A DNA stretch of 59,479 bases, the filler included, from Sphacelaria rigidula (Eukaryota): the NCBI GenBank assembly GCA_964200075.2. It is 3 parts of 3 records of this genome, joined end to end, with 100 filler letters (N's around TTAATTAATTAA, not from the genome) between each part and the next. Parts side by side here need not be neighbours in the genome. Positions count along the whole stretch, not along the records: positions 1 to 19,772 come from CAXNAA020000616.1; 2 more parts are not named here. One strand, given 5' to 3'. Shown here piece by piece: positions 1 through 13,170 of this stretch. The notes beneath the pieces were generated by a model, which ran no database searches, was not told the DNA's origin, and saw nothing but the letters and a program-made list of their open reading frames with translations. Position numbers and translations under genes: made by a program. Position 1 is the stretch's first letter, and the number at the start of each line of letters is the position of its first letter.

Positions 1-754
1 TTAACATCGTTTCGAACCAAATACAAGCGCCCCTCGAGTGTGGTAGGTCGTCTGACACACTTATAAGCCTCTTTTTTCGTGCAACCAAATACCCCCCCCC
101 CCTATCGTAGGATGACTCACCTTCCGTCGTTGCTCGTTCTTTCCTGACAGGAGAAGGTTTCCGTGACCAAAATGCAACAGAAGCGCCGCACAGAGTGCAT
201 CGTTGTTACACCCTCTGCTGCTGTTCGTGAGTTGTAGCTCTTTTGGCAGCCGAGCAACCCAGCTGTTTTCGCACGTGGGTACCGACTGTTTATGGCATGT
301 TGCATTTCTTCACGGGCCCCTTCGTAACACAACCCGTTCTCCCTACCAGGTGACGGCAAACATCTGTAGACGGGATTCGTACACGTTCTGGCATCTTCGC
401 TGTGTCGCGACCGACGTCAACTCGAACTTGTTTTTTTTTCCCTTTCAGTGTGCTTCGCACACCTCGTGAGCAGTGTCGTACAAGCCAAAATGCGATTATT
501 ACAATTACCCCGCTACGACAGCTATGCTATTTTTATACTCTGAGCACCTCTCTGCTAAAACAATTCCGAGACACTTTCCAATCGCGATAGTATGCGTCTC
601 TGACATATTCAGCCTGTCAGTTGCTGGTTGCCCCCTCCCACCGCTCAGATAGTTGTGGCAATTTCAAAACACTACGCTTTACTTGACACGCTGCATTGAT
701 AGTTTCCAAACCTACGGTACCTGCTCACTTTGAGCACGCGGCACTCAAAACCAG

Positions 755-982
755 TGCCCCGTTTTCTACCTGTTTCGCATTGCGCCGCGGCCCAGTCTTG
801 ATTGCGTGCGAGAATTCTCCCTGCTTTCACCGGCACACTGTTTATATAGAATACAGAAAGTGGGCTGCCCCCGTCTCCACCTGTTTGAAATCACGCCGCG
901 GTCCAGCACTGACTGTGTGCGAGAATTCTCTACTTTCACCGGCACATTGTTTTAATAGGGTACAGACAGTCGACTGCCCCCG
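755..982. repeat. Imperfect tandem duplication, ~110-bp unit x2
   Basis: TGCCCC..ACCTGTTT..CGCCGCGG..TGCGAGAATTCTC..CTTTCACCGGCACA occurs twice at ~110-bp spacing. Confidence 0.8.
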
Positions 983-1673
983 CTTTTACGGTACATGAAG
1001 CACAGCGTTGCAGCACATCATTCTTGATACTGCATTTGTTGCAACCCATCAAACACCCCCTCCCAATAAAGAACAAAATCCATGTTCGGCCGTCTCGTAC
1101 TTCGTTGTTCAATTGCACCTCTTTCCCATCGACTGTACTCTTCATTCACTGGAGAATTTTCGTACTGTGGTGTCTTGAATTACTACATCACGGAACCGTT
1201 CCCTAATTTGGAGCATTCTTCCGGGCACGAGCGCCCTTTTTTCTCTCTGGTGACACACTACTACCCTGCATTCTAAATCAGGACACTCGTGGCATCCACC
1301 ACACTTATATTCCTCCTGTTGTTTAGCTACTTGCCCTTATAAATCGCGCCAGATAGCCCTACAAGGGTAGCCACTGTGGTGCCTGTAAACCCAAGTTTGA
1401 CCGTTACATATCCTGAGCAACGTCTGTAACATCCTCATTTGAGGTTGGAGGCACCCCAGTGGCCATCCGTGTAATAACGGCTCTGAATGTTTCAGAACCA
1501 TATATTCAACGCCGCTGACACCCCCCCTCGTCATGTCGCAACCCATCGCCCGGCTTCCTCCTCTGGTTCGGGGAACCCACCGCCCCTCCGTACTCAGAGC
1601 TAAACTAATAACCGTTCCCGCCACTTTGGAAAAGGCGGTATTTCACCTACAGCTCTACGACAACAGCCTAAGA

Positions 1674-1937
1674 GCGCTACTCTATTTACGGGACTTGAAG
1701 ACCAGCAGCCTACAAAGTCAAGACCGTCTCACGACGTAACATTCCGTGGCGGCTCGACATCAGGCGCTGCTCTATCTACGGGACTTGACCAGCAGCCTGC
1801 AAAGCCAAGACCGTCTCACGACGTAACATTCCGTGGCGGCTCGACATCAGGCGCTGCTCTATCGACGTGACTTGAAGACCAGCAGCCTGCACAGACAAAC
1901 GTGCCTCACGACGTAACATTCCGTGGCGGCTCGACAG
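1674..1937. repeat. Tandem repeat, ~88-bp unit x3
   Basis: GACCAGCAGCCT...CTCACGACGTAACATTCCGTGGCGGCTCGACA is repeated three times. Confidence 0.9.
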
Positions 1938-3063
1938 CAGCTGCGGCTGCAACGCCCATGTTCCACGATAAAACATCCCGTGACGATTCGATACCGGCTA
2001 GTGCCGAAGCACCCCCCTCACTGAGGAATGCTCCCCTGGATGCCGTTCTGGGACCCGCAGCTAGGATGGCGTCCTCAGTTGAGCGTATAGCGGTGGCTTC
2101 TTCCATGGCGCCCAGTACGAGATTAACCTTTCGCCAACTCCGTCGAAGCGGCACGCTTCCGACGTTCGAAATACTGTCACGGGTGTTGCTTCTGTTCGAA
2201 GTCTTCACTCTACAACCGCTGATAGTCCAATGCACCGCACCCCGTCATCTGGTCCCGGAACCATGGTCGAGGCCATAATTTTGGCTCTTCAGAGCTCAGC
2301 CAAGGCTTTACCTGGCTCCGCAGACGATCCTGGTACAAATCTTGTCACGGCACTCAAGACGTTCTACGATGCCACGCTGCATACTCAGGCACGCACCTCT
2401 CACGCGTAAATTATCCGCGGTGCTATAACTACAGAGACTGATGCCGCACGTCATGAGCCCCCAGTCGCCACTGCGCGGTCTGTACAACCCCCGAGAGGAA
2501 GCCAAAAAAGAGATAATTCTCGCCCATCTTTCACTCCCTACGGAAGCGGGGCCCGTGCTCCCCGCCTTCATAACTCGACGCCACATGATAGGCATGACAA
2601 CATCAATCCTCACGTGATTCAAGACGATCATCCAGCAATAGCCACACCGGTGGTCGCGCTCCGTCCATTAGTCACTCGCAACGCTGACAACACTTACGTA
2701 ATGGCCACACTGTGCATGCGGACGATGTCAGAAATATCATTTTTGATCAATCATCGGACTCAGCTTCCTCGATAGAGTAAGCCAGCGATATCTCTTCTTA
2801 CGAGCCTCGGCGTCATCATGGACGAGCTCGAGCTAACCGCGATGTCCCATCCCGCTCTACTGCCGTCACTATCCGCTCGCTCCAACGACAGATTCCAGAT
2901 TGGCAACGTTCACTCAAGCAAACTATGGACTTCTCCAAGACTTCACCCACCGCCTCTTCGGCAACCACTGCGGCCACTGCGGCAACGACTGCTGCCCCTG
3001 TCCCGACCACTACCTCTCCGGCCACTCTCGCTGTCGCCCCGAGCGCCACTGCGGCACCTTCGG

Positions 3064-3207
3064 CCGCTGTAACGGTCGCCCGTGCCACCGTCACTGCCAC
3101 CGTCGGCGGTGCCCATACCGATGACAGGTCTCCGACCGCTGTAACGGTCGCCCGTGCCGCCGCCACTGCCACCGTCGGCGGTGCCCACACCACTGACAGG
3201 TCTCCGG
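3064..3207. repeat. 72-bp in-frame tandem duplication (AVTVARA..TATVGGAHT.DRSP x2)
   Basis: Direct duplication visible in DNA and in ORF 2925-3380. Confidence 0.85.
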
Positions 3208-4649
3208 CCAGGCCACAACCACAGCTACAGCAAACCGAAGAGTTGTGCCCCACAGGCTACCTTTTGTGCCTCTTCATGGAACACGATGAGAAGCCAAAGA
3301 TCGCATCATCGCCCGATACCGAGCCGCCACCCCGGTGCCGGTACTACCGATCGCCACTCCGGGACCAGCACCTACGGTGACCACCCCGGCGTCGGCAGGT
3401 GCGGCGCCGGCATCTCACGATACGCCAGATGACCGCGCCGCCGATGAGAACGCGATCCGCCTCCTCCGTGAGGAATTCAACACACGGCAGGCCAATCTTC
3501 AGAGAAACGTGGACACCGCCACCCCCACACACTCCGCTACCGTTCGGGCTCACGCCGAACACCAATCAGTCATTGAAACCAGCCAACGCAAGGCTGCGGA
3601 GCTTGCGGCTTACATCAACCGGACCGCTGAGCACGCAGCATCCACGACGACTTCGCTGAGCGACCATCAGGCCGCTCGGGCCCGCGCAACGTCGCTCCAC
3701 GATCCGCAGTACCTTCAACGATCCCCGGCGGCTTCTCCGCCATCGGGCCCGGCCTAGGCGTCATCTGCGGGGTCACGTATTCCCCGTAAGACCGAAGCCA
3801 CAACCACCCACACAACGACCGATGACCAACCCCGTCTCAGCCTTTCCCCTCACGAGGTCAATTAGCTGGTACACACTGTCAGAGACCTCTCCACCGACGT
3901 TTTGGTCGACAACCCTCTCCAAAGTTCCAGAGTCGCTTGGACTGCCGTCCATTATGGGCTTCTCGGTTCCTTGGGTTTACACCTTGGCCAAGGCTCACGT
4001 GTTCCGGACTCAGACCCGCACGCCCTGACGCTCGCCCAGCTTGTGGCTCATGCGCAAACTGACCCTAATAGTGGTGCCAGTGCCTACAACAGGGCAGCAC
4101 GTGGCCTATTACAGGCCTTACGAGACGCGTTTCAGTCGGGCACCTCCGCTGACGATGATAACGACAATGACGTTGACACCTGGACTCCGGTCACCGCGAG
4201 CTGTCGGCCACCCAAACACCATCACTACAATGATGACTATCCGGGCGGCGGCCGCAGTGGTCATCGCGACGGTTCTGGATCATCCAGTGGAGGGCGAAAA
4301 GGGTCCAGCTCCCGACGAACGGTCCGGTTCAAACAACATACGAACTGGAAGCGCACGGGCTCTGGCTCGTCGGACAGTTCGTCGATAAAACCCTGCAACA
4401 GGGAATGGTCGTCGACGGACCCACCGTCGGTCAATTCGACCAATCTAAGGTAAGAAACACCTCGTTTGGCTGATGTTTCTCGCGATATATTAGGTTTGTC
4501 TGATACTCATGACAAAGATCGACCCTTGTCTTCGACCTCGGCCCGCATTCTAGCTGCCACCGCGCCTAACCAAGAACAAAATCAGCTCTTGAGGCTGCAG
4601 GAGCTGCTAAGGCTGAGGCTGCTCGGGTAGATGCTATTCAGAGGGAGGA

Positions 4650-5656
4650 CAGTCAGATGGATGTCAAGAAACTTTGGCACACTAAAACCATGTCCGCAGC
4701 GGACAATGAAGGCTCGAGGCAGTTTTCCTCTGGTCTGATTCACTCCAACCGTCGTACTGCACGAAATATTCTACAGAAATAGTGGATCGCACGGGTGCTC
4801 AGCGCTTTGAAAATCCCGTTTGGGTCGATGGTTGGCAGACGCCGCCACACAAGGCCTTACACTGCGCCATCTCTCGTCACTCGCCTGACCTTGCCTTGTC
4901 ATTGACGCAGATCATCGATGGATTTATCTCAGCGATCGATTCGGACCGTGCCCTGGGACGAGCTAGCTCAGTGCTGCTCAGTAGTCCGGAGCGGCGTCTA
5001 ACTGGTTACTTTGACCGAAGTACGCAGGGTAGTTCCATTTAGCATCTAAGCTCGTTCGGTGTAGCCACGGACGTTCCCTTTTCCGACTTCGTCAGTTCAA
5101 GTTGTTTGTTTCAGCACTTTAGAAACTGGACGCCAGAGTGACCCCTCTGATTCTATGTGTCAGTCATATGTCCGTGGAAGTGTTCCTGAGCACTACGACA
5201 GCTGTTATCATGAATTAACCCCATTTGTGGAACCCTCTTCTGTCTCCTTCGGCTAGACGCGACGCTTTCAGACGCCACGCCAACAGCTGTATCAATTGCA
5301 ACGTACAAGGCCACAGCATACGTGACGTTAACAAGTCATGCATCAACGCATTCGATCTCATGAATCCTGAACTACAGGACAATGAACCCGCGTGGCGACG
5401 ATGGCAAAAACAAATGCGCCACTATCGTACCGGAAGTCGAAATGATCGCCACCATTGGAACAAGCGAGGCGACTATCGCTCTAATCGCGATCGCCGACAG
5501 AACAACAACCATGGTTCGGGCACTCACCAAAGAGATAATATATCTCGCTCCAATCATGGTTCCTCTGGTAGACACCAGCGGACGGGACCGACACATAGCT
5601 CGAACCCCAACGCCAGAAACCCTGATATCTTCACTTCGGATCGCATAGGTCCATGA
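4650..5656 (+). pseudogene. gag: gag remnant with degenerate CCHC zinc knuckle
   Basis: ORF 5225-5656 contains SCINCNVQGHSIRDV (CX2CX4HX4C with the last Cys lost) followed by an R/N/H-rich tail. Upstream frames are broken by stops. Confidence 0.65.
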
Positions 5657-6626
5657 CGTGCCAGCGCCGGCGTTCTAAAGTCTTCGGCGCCACCGACAGC
5701 ACTTTCGAAAGAAATTTCAACACCTCCCGCGGAATGAGCGACAAAAGTGTCTCGCTTAGTCTCCCTGGTGGTATGCAGGAGCACTAATGACGGCCGCTCA
5801 AATCGACGCCCGTCTTTTTCTCTTCGCACACAGCGTAAGAGTTGCCTTAACTCACGACTTACCTCTACGCTCGGCTCTGGACTTGGTCCTTCAGAACTAA
5901 GTGTAAATCTGAGGTGTGGGAACACCAGCCGCACGTCCCTGAGACGAAGGCTTTCCTCAGCGACCGCACGCACAGGCAGAATTGTATCTCACTCGACTGG
6001 TTCAAGTGTCGCTGCTCTCAATTTGACCACTTCGGGCCAAGTAAACACACATCCAGCTCGAACGAGTTCGTTCTTCGCGTCCATTACACCGCGTGAAGCT
6101 ACCCCTGAATAGTTCCAAGAAAACCCGTCCTAATTCACAACCGGCTATGATTCCTCAGCCAAGCTTGCCAACGGAAAGTCCACAAGCCCCACCCGAGCAT
6201 GCCCCGATGCTGACTCCATCCACCCGACTGGACGAAGTTGTGATGCCCCAACAAGTTTTGGAAGTTCCCCGACCATTGCCACGGCGAAAGAGGAAGCCCC
6301 GTAAGGATGCCCCCAAGGAAGCGCGCGCATCATCACGTACACCGTTGTCGAGCGGAAACCCTCGACCTCAATCTCTCCAAATTGCGACGACTTTGAGCTT
6401 GACGGTTTCATCAAGAATCACGGAAGAATCAAATTAAAATATTCCTGACGCCACTGCTTCTTCAATCGACGGCCCTGACAATGCACAATCTGGATCCACC
6501 TCGGATGTTGATTTCTATCTACCCAAAGACGGTTTTCACGAAATCGGTAATAATTAGTCTAACCGTGCCTCACCTGGGAATGGTATACTGTCCACCACCT
6601 TCTCTGGTTAGAAAATCGACCCACCG

Positions 6627-7140
6627 GTGCATCACCCGCCGTCCGTTTTTGTTGTCAGTCCCACTGATCCTGACCATTTTGTCTTGCCGGAACACGGTCC
6701 GCCTCTTGTAGGCGGTAAAGTGTCTGTTGATCCGACCACTTTCATTACACGCGTCGCGATCCACTCTGGTCTAAACGCTACCACGACTACGAAATGCATA
6801 TCCTTGTCGGACAGCGTCAGCCCGCAAACATTCACTCGAGAATCAACATGGGAACACATGAAACAGACCGGCGCTGCTACTGCAGCTTGTGAAACCACCA
6901 CCCAACCTCGAGTATGGGGCGGGTTCGGTGATTCTACCGCACCCCTGACAACACGAAAATCCGTACGTCTCAGTGTGCAATGTTTTCACAACACCACTCG
7001 TTCTATCAGCCTGGCCGTCTGGGCATACATTGTCTCCGACAGCACAATGCATTACGCCATAGTATCGGGCAGAGATAGCTAGTTGCGGTTTAAGAAACGA
7101 ACCTACCCCACGCATCAACCACGATCGCCATAATTCACGT
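6627..7140 (+). pseudogene. pol: Retropepsin-like aspartic protease remnant of pol
   Basis: ISLSDSVSPQTF resembles a degenerate LLDSGS active site and AIVSGRDS resembles the ILLGRD motif. An in-frame TAG ends at 7082. Confidence 0.7.
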
Positions 7141-7194
7141 CTCGTGGAAAATTGAACCTTGAACACCTTGGTACACTTCACGGGACCAATGCTA

Positions 7195-7425
7195 CAATAC
7201 GGGTTGCACTTTTTGTTTCTGGGTCTCGTTTTTGTAGGAGCCCAAATATATGGAGCTTACTGTGCAACCCAAATCTCCGAGGACAGGACATGGAGATGCA
7301 CACAGGGGCCTTTTTGTGAATCGGCATCATTTTCAGTATTTTTCAAGTGAAAATGATGCCGATTCTCAAAATGATAATTGCAACACCCCGAGAAACATTT
7401 TCGCTCACAAAGTGCAACCCTACCG
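7195..7425. mobile_element. Tc1/mariner-type MITE inserted in pol
   Basis: TA at 7193-7194 and 7426-7427. Imperfect TIRs CAATACGGGTTGCACTTT / AAAGTGCAACCCTACCG. Internal palindrome GAATCGGCATCATTTT...AAAATGATGCCGATTC. A homologous copy lies at 34061-34317. Confidence 0.85.
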
Positions 7426-7889
7426 TAGCATCAATCACGTCGTCCTGGCCTACCAATATAATACTCAAGCAACCGGAGCTTCTTACCACCTACGATAGAA
7501 CGGTAGTGTTGGTAATACACCCTCCGACGATCCTCGACTTTCATAAATGCACTAGTCCGCCGCAATGACATGCCTGCACTTACGGGTCATTATCTTGCCG
7601 AAATATTGCCCTATATTGGCGCACCCGCTGACACAGAACATCTTGTCTCGGCGGGACAACAACTCCTCCCTCTTACGGGTCATGCTAACTTGGAACCCGG
7701 CGATATGTTTGAAATCGCCGCCGCTCCTCTGATGCACATCCCACTCGTGACCTGCGTAACAGAGTCTGCCGAGCCCGACGTGATGCCTTCGGCGCAGTCG
7801 GTCCACTGTGCCGATGAACCTTATTTCGACCTTTCCTCTGCGACTCCACCCCAGATCCACGCCGTGAATCCTGCCCAGTCAACTTCCGA

Positions 7890-9400
7890 TCCTCCTGCTG
7901 AAGTGCTTCAACGCTCATCACCAGAGTGTCGGACTAGTTTCTTGCAAATGTAGAACCAACTGCCGCCACACTTGCGTGACATCCATTTTGACCTTCATGG
8001 GCCCGGCTGGGAACCAGCTGTCATCCAAGAAATCAGCGATGCCCTGCTGCAGTACCGAGACCGAGTTTCTCAATCCAAGACGGATCTTAGGCACTGCAAA
8101 ACGCTATCCTTTGAAGGAACGCTTCAACCCAGCGTCTCGCCAATCTCCTCTCGACCATGCCGGACAAACCCAGTCCCGACCAAAAAGGAAATGCCATCTT
8201 GGATGCATATTTGGGAGCGGGTTTCATACAACATTCCTCCTCTCCTCGGGCCTCACCACTTGTGGTCGTTCCCAAAAAGAATGGAAACATACGTATAACC
8301 GGGATTTACCAACGGTTGAACCACGTCACTGTGGTTGGTAAAAATACAATCCCCCGCATTGATAAAGTCTTCGACTCCTTCGGCGAATGAAAAATATTCA
8401 GCACCTTCGACCTCGCCTCTGGATTTTTTTCGGAATGCTATCCTCCCTGACACAGTCCCACTTACGGCTAGCTGTACCTCGTCTGGACTTTACGAATGGC
8501 TTCGAATGCCACAAGGCGCTGCCACCGCCGCTCCAGGATGCTCTCAAGGCTTAATGCAACACGTCACAGAAGGCCTCGAGCACGTCATCATGTACCTAGA
8601 TGGCGCTATCGCTTTCGATATCTTACCTATTGCACATATCCGCACTCTACGATAATTTCTCGCTCGCCTACGAACGCACGACGACTTGAAACTGTCTCCA
8701 TCCAAAGATCGCCTTGATGCGACTGACTTGGATTTCCTGGGATATTCATTTTCGCCAGCCGGCCTGCATCCAGATACAAACAAAGTCAGGGCAATGACTG
8801 ACTTGCCGATGCTAACCAACATCTCTTAACTTCGCTCACTGTTGGGCGGACTATCCTACTACGGCAATCGTTTGCCGAATTTATCCAAATGAGTACGCCC
8901 CCTTACTGAGCTGCTGAAGAAAGGAGCCGTGTTTGCCTTCACCACCGATATGGAAAATATCACCCGCGAAATGCTGAAAACGCTTACCGAAAAGCCAGTA
9001 GTCTGTTTTCCTCACTGGGAGGCAGTACAAGATGGCCCTCGCTGTTTCCAACTCCACACAAACGTCAGCGCAGACGGATTTGGAGGAGTTTTGAATCAAC
9101 CTGAGATTGATGGCTCCAGTCGATCCATCCTCTACATCAACCGCGCCACCCTGTGCTACGAGGCCACCTGGAGCCCGCTAGAGTTGAAAGGCGGAGTAAT
9201 CACCTGGGTCATTAAGCGCCTTCACCAATATTTGTTTCACATGGGGCACTCGAACAACTCGCCAAGGTTGGCGAACACAACCCGCGTGTACAACGCTGAT
9301 TGGAGTTTCTAACAGCATACCAGTATACCATTAATCACCGTCCAGGCAAAACCAACAGGGACGCTGATCTTCTTTCCCGTTTATCCCTGCCGTCTACGGC
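7890..9400 (+). pseudogene. pol: Reverse transcriptase + RNase H remnant of pol
   Basis: GFIQHSSSPRASPLVVVPKKNGNIRI, IPRIDKVFD, FDLASGF, GLYEWLRMPQG, IMYLDG (YxDD mutated), FQLHTNVS..GFGGVL, EFLTAYQYTINHRPGKTNRDADLLSR. Multiple frameshifts and stops. Confidence 0.92.
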
Positions 9401-10299
9401 GGCGGATTTCAGCCTGGCTCACCGCCGAACGGAACTCGATGAACCTGGGATCTACCCTAATCGGCGTTTTTCAACCCCGGTTAACGCCCTCGATCTTCAG
9501 TGCCCAGAAACTGGTACGCACTGCAGGACCTCGCCCTCTACCTACGACGCCGTCTTGGGTAGGTCAACGCCCACAACCTCCGATTTTGTCGATTTCCGCA
9601 CTTTTGGTCCTCGCGCGAAGCTTTTCACGACGACACTTTCGATCACCCACCGAATCTCCGACAACACGCGCTCCCGGTCTGCCACTCGCACCACTCCTCC
9701 GGGTGCCCCGCCGCCACCGATAACACCTACAAATTCCACGAGCCACGCAGCGCCGGACCCATGGACCCGCACGCAACGCTCCGCCAAACATACTGCAACG
9801 TGCAACACGCGCCGCGGTCAATCTTCGCCGTGAACTGCTACACCACCGCCGCCAATAACGGCGCCACCAACATCTACCGTTCGCAAGCATGGAGTCGACG
9901 ACTCGGCTCCTGTTCATAAGACAAATATTGACGTCGGCATTCCTGCCCCGTCGCCTACTCCCCCGCTGCCCACCCCCCCATGTTTGGTCGGCTCTCCAGC
10001 GGAAGGTCAACTGCGCGAGGTTCTCGCCAGCTACTCTCATCGCGATTGGGCTCGCGAACAAAACGCGGAACCTTTATGTCGCGCAGCCATCCGGTACTTA
10101 CAGCTTCACTGTCCAGTCCCTTTTCCACCAGCCCTTCTGGCCCCTGTTGGCACAATGCCACCACCAGATATCTCAGAGGAACACGAACTCGTGCGTGAAG
10201 GCACCATTTTCACTACTGATGAAGGCGTACAACTACTAGTACGTCGCCCCACGCCTCTGACGGGCGCATTTTCCGTCTCAACAACGGGACGCCACGCAC

Positions 10300-12130
10300 G
10301 ATTACTCGATGACGAATTAATGCGCATATATGTCCCGTTATTAATGCGCCCCTGGGTCATGAAAAGCTGCCCAACCGACTTCTTATGTCACCTAGGCGTC
10401 ACTCGCACCCTAGCGCTCCCGGACACCTCTACTGGTGGGTTGGCATGGAAATTTCCACCCGCTTCTGGATTTGGCGATGCTTCAAATACCAAGCTCGGAA
10501 CACTTCGCGGCAGACAGTACGTTCGCCCGTCACCTCTATGGGACTCCCCAACGCCCCGGTCCACCTTGTGTCTTTGGACTACTTTGGCCCCCTACCGACC
10601 ACGGGTCGTGGTAACAACTACATCTGATTTTTCACTGACCGCTTCGGTCGCCACGCGTCCATCTACGCAGTAACCGCTGCAGATTTCACTGCCGTCGGGA
10701 CGGCTGATATATTGGTCCACGACTACGTTAAGCACTACAGGTGCCCGAAACGACTCCTTACAGGCAATGACCAACAATTTTGCTCAGATCTCTCTGATGG
10801 GCTTTACAAGCTCCTGGGCATCCGCAATATTTCTACGAGCGCCTACCACCTGAACGGTAACGGTGGTACCGGAAGAATTGATCACACCGTGACCCAGATG
10901 CTCTCTATGGTCGTCAATGACCACCAAAATGACTGGGGCTTATCTCTCGCACATCATCTTGTCCTACACCAATTCGGTTAACGCCGCCACAGGCTTTTCC
11001 CCGAACGAGCTCTATCTTGGACGTTACCTTCGGCTGCCCGTCACCGTGTTTGAGCGTCACACGTTCGATGGCCACCAAGAATTGGATCAGGATCAGGTAT
11101 CATATCACGAACTCGCGCATTCATGACAGTGCAAAGCGTCTACCCTCGTGCGCGAACAACGCGCTATCAACGCCTCGCACCTCAAGAGATCTAACACTGT
11201 TATCTACAACCTCATACACAAACGTCCCAGCTGGGAAGTTGGGGATCGGATTTAGATCTACAACAGCTTGTCGACCATCTGCCAAGGCACCAGCAAGGCA
11301 GCCGACGAAAGAACTTCAAGGACAAAACTGTCCCTCAATTGGACAGAACCATTCAAGATCCTGACAGCCGAACCATCGCCATCATCACCGGATGATAACT
11401 CCGTTGGTGACAAAGTGCTCTATCTCGACCTGCCTCGCGACCTCGAGGGCAAGGACGCCAAACACCACGTCTCCGTGCACAGATACAAACCCTGCACAAA
11501 TCCGCATGATACCAGCGACATGCCCAAGTACTTGCCTGCCGGAGTCACACAGTACGTTCTCAACAGCTACTCGACTAAGTCCTCGCGCTATCATGTCACC
11601 TTCGACGACGTGACGGAACATCACCTCCGATTGACCGTGTTCACCATCTCCGGCCGCCAGATCATCCGTGGTCGTGGTTGCAAAATCGCTGTCACGTATA
11701 ACTCTCACTGGTAAGGTCCTCGGAGAACGTCTTGGGAACGCAAATCCGACCTTCAATTGCACCGCCGTGCAATCCTCCTGTACTGGACGCAACCCCAACA
11801 TCAGCATCTTGCTCACAACAAGAAATATCGTAACTTGCGTCGTGGTGCAGCAGCCCACGAACTTCACCGTGATCAAACAATCAGCTTTGTCGCTGATGAC
11901 TACGAAGTTGTCCCCACCAAGACTTGTGAGGCAAAATTCTTCACAAACCAGTGCATACCACACAAAGGCAGCTACCTGTGGTTCAAAGGCAACGACAACC
12001 TCTGGTGGTTGGGCCAAACGCATTCCGCAAACCTGGTTTCTGCCGACGCAAACATCGTGCGCTTCATCGATGACCCTGGACCCATACAGCTCAAGCTCCA
12101 GCGAGCACTATACTCCACCAGCCCACCCCA
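10300..12130 (+). pseudogene. pol: Integrase remnant with C-terminal chromodomain-like and second aromatic-rich domain
   Basis: HLGVTRT...YWWVGM...WRCFKYQ (HHCC), VSLDYFGPLPTT, LLTGNDQQF, STSAYHLNGNG, TGFSPNELYLGR, KLSLNWTEPFKI (GPF/Y-like), then ISGRQIIRGRG...YNSHW*GPRRTSWE and YLWFKGNDNLWWLG...IVRFIDD. Confidence 0.88.
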
Positions 12131-12696
12131 CCACGCGGATCTCGGTGTCTGTAGCGACTTAAGTCCAAAGGACTTTGCCGCGGTTTCCAGCGTAACATCG
12201 ACCACACCCACGACGTCCACCCACCGCTTTGAATCACGCCCTTCATTGCAACGTTTCTTCAATTCTTTAATGTTTCTATCGTCCCCTTTTCGCTAGGATC
12301 CGACTCTACGACATCCACAACAGCACATCCCACACCGGACCACGATCGGAGACTATCAAGAGGAGTCGCTCGCCATATTCGGTTACTGGAGCTCTAGTAT
12401 CCCTTTTTTTTGGCTGGCGCTGGATCTCGTTGGATCACCGATTTTCAGATTTTGTTTCCCTTGCTTCCGTCCACCATGCATTGGTCGCATGCTGATCTTG
12501 CCGTTTTCCATTTGGAATCCCACAGGTAAGCCCTACTCCCTGTTGTACCTTCCAGAGTTTGTCCCTTTCGCTTTGCTAGAACACCGAAGCAGGTTGTCCT
12601 TCTTCGTTGGTCGCTAGCACGCAGATACAGTTTGTGCTCCTGCCTTTCGAAGCTGTTTTTTCTGCTCCTCGAAGCAGTATATGCTTTCCTTATTTT

Positions 12697-12712
12697 GAGG
12701 GGTGGGGGTGGG
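12697..12712 (+). other. Polypurine tract of the Gypsy element
   Basis: GAGGGGTGGGGGTGGG preceded by a T-run, about 400 bp after the end of pol. Confidence 0.6.
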
Positions 12713-12720
12713 TACGGGAG

Positions 12721-13170
12721 TGTGTTCTTAAGGTGTGCCTTATTAGCCGCTCATGACTTTACGAGTAAAGAAAAACCTCAGTTTTCGCTGCTTTTGAGGA
12801 TAAATCCTCGCAGCTGTAATAAAGGTTCGTCTGGGTTGGTTAGTGTCATGAGGAGCATATTAGCCTGTTGTCATGCCGCCTCAGATCCGTCGATGAGTCC
12901 GGCTATATATGTTGTATCCGAGGCTATTTTAAGACTGCAGGTCTGTTTAGAGTTGGCCAGATACGAGTGTGAATTTGTAAATGGCAGGGATTGTAATGTG
13001 GATAACAGCTGAGACTGTCACTATGTCTCATCTCCGGCAAAGAAGTCTCACATCACGGTGGGGCTGATTGATTGAGCGAGGAGGATTCGATACGAAGGAG
13101 ACCTAGGATCAAGCAATCAATGAGAGATATTATCACACCTACGCGTGAAACTCTGATACCTTTGGGCACA
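12721..13170 (+). mobile_element. Putative 3' LTR
   Basis: Follows the PPT, begins TGTG and can end GGGCACA, and has an internal TATA-like CTATATAT near 12903. No matching 5' LTR was found in the window, so boundaries are tentative. Confidence 0.4.

Larger units (their letters stand above)
2800..12300 (+). mobile_element. Decayed Ty3/Gypsy LTR retrotransposon, internal coding region (gag-pol, chromovirus-like)
   Basis: Domain order PR-RT-RH-INT is seen across frameshifted and stop-interrupted ORFs. Zn knuckle CINCNVQGHSIRDV; protease LSDSVSPQTF...IVSGRDS; RT SSPRASPLVVVPKKNG, LYEWLRMPQG, YLDG; RH FQLHTNVSADGFGGVL; INT HLGVTRT...YWW, VSLDYFGPLP, SAYHLNGNG. Element ends are approximate and the leader probably extends toward the window start. 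Confidence 0.93.

Noticed and set aside
13151-13160. tRNA-Met primer-binding site (GGTATCAGAG on the - strand) of a Copia element
   Set aside because: Only a 10-nt match, no Copia coding sequence follows on that strand, and it lies within the putative Gypsy LTR.
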